A stretch of 64,000 nt of DNA from Mytilus trossulus. Taxonomy: Eukaryota. The stretch covers positions 4,836,001-4,900,000 of the forward strand of contig NC_086380.1 in the NCBI RefSeq assembly GCF_036588685.1, given 5' to 3'. The translations under genes were made by a program, and so were the position numbers. The notes beneath the pieces were generated by a model. It had not been told where the DNA came from. It worked only from the letters and a program-made list of their open reading frames with translations, and did not search any database. Shown here in pieces: positions 63,245 through 64,000 of this stretch (its first letter is position 1; the number at the start of each line of letters is the position of its first letter).

Positions 63245-63610
63245 ATAATTACATTAGATGTATGTTTCATTATAATACGTTATTCTGATTGGCTAATTGC
63301 ACATCACATGTTATTCCGTAAGCAATTGCATGAGACAATAACATTTCATTCATGATGACACGAGGTCCCACAATAAAGTGCACAGGTGAATTTAAACATT
63401 AAACTTCATGAAAATCGTGTTTTTATAATCCTAGCTAAAAAATGTAATTATAAGTATTGAATGCTTCTTTTTGTAACTTTATAGGGTTGTAAAAGCGTTG
63501 ACCGTGCGTACATTTTTAGAATGAAGCGCTTCCGCGCTTCATACAAAATGTACTTCGGTCAACGCTTTTATACCCCAAAAAATTTACAAAAAGAAGCATT
63601 CAATTCTTAA
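63245..63610. mobile_element. ~350-bp non-autonomous element (inverted copy of 44967-45316)
   Basis: Reverse-complement match to 44967-45316 including the internal IR. Confidence 0.75.
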
Positions 63611-64000
63611 TTAAAAGCTAGAGTTTTAAGTGTTTAATTATGAGCTGTAAAACAAAATTTTAAATTGGTTTCTTGATTACATTTTAATAAGGTCAAGAAA
63701 ACGTTTGTTTGTCCCCGGTATATTTTTTGCAATAAATAAACATTTAAAAAAAAAGATTTCAAAAGTGTATTATGAGTTTAATGAAATACAGAATAGTTGC
63801 ATAATTTTCCAATACAAATAGCAAGATATGTCTTAGTCAATTTTTGATAGACTTTATCGTAAATAACAGGAAGTCGAGTTTTTCTTCTAAACATGAGATA
63901 AATCATCATTACACTCAATTAGGAAGTCTATAGTAAAGTAAAGGTAAAAGAAGTATACCGCTGTTCAAAACTCGTAAATCTATTGACAAAAAGCAAAATT

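Overview
Eukaryotic (AT-rich, intron-containing, repeat-rich) DNA; the gene family and repeat content point to a bivalve mollusc, probably a mytilid mussel (inference). The window is a tandem array of C1q-domain-containing (C1qDC) genes, all on the minus strand, numbered g1-g9 by position. Seven are apparently intact two-exon genes (g1-g6, g8; 213-226 aa). Exon 1 encodes a signal peptide plus a helical/coiled-coil stalk, the intron is phase 1, and exon 2 encodes the globular C1q domain. g7 has a frameshifting 26-bp deletion in exon 1, and g9 is a divergent, pseudogenised C1q exon. Spacers and introns hold DNA-transposon derivatives (hAT with 5-bp TSDs, Kolobok-, Harbinger- and TA-type MITEs), Helentron/Helitron-type elements, Penelope-like and LINE fragments, SINE remnants and tandem repeats. 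The most notable signal is how the array diversifies. Variation is concentrated in four short patches of the C1q head, sequence tracts are shared in patchwork between paralogs in conflict with the tree given by intronic transposon markers, g5 is chimeric, and the pseudogene g7 keeps a C1q exon identical to that of g2. C1qDC expansion in bivalves is established; the gene-conversion/shuffling interpretation is my inference from by-eye alignment. No rRNA, tRNA or CRISPR features were found.
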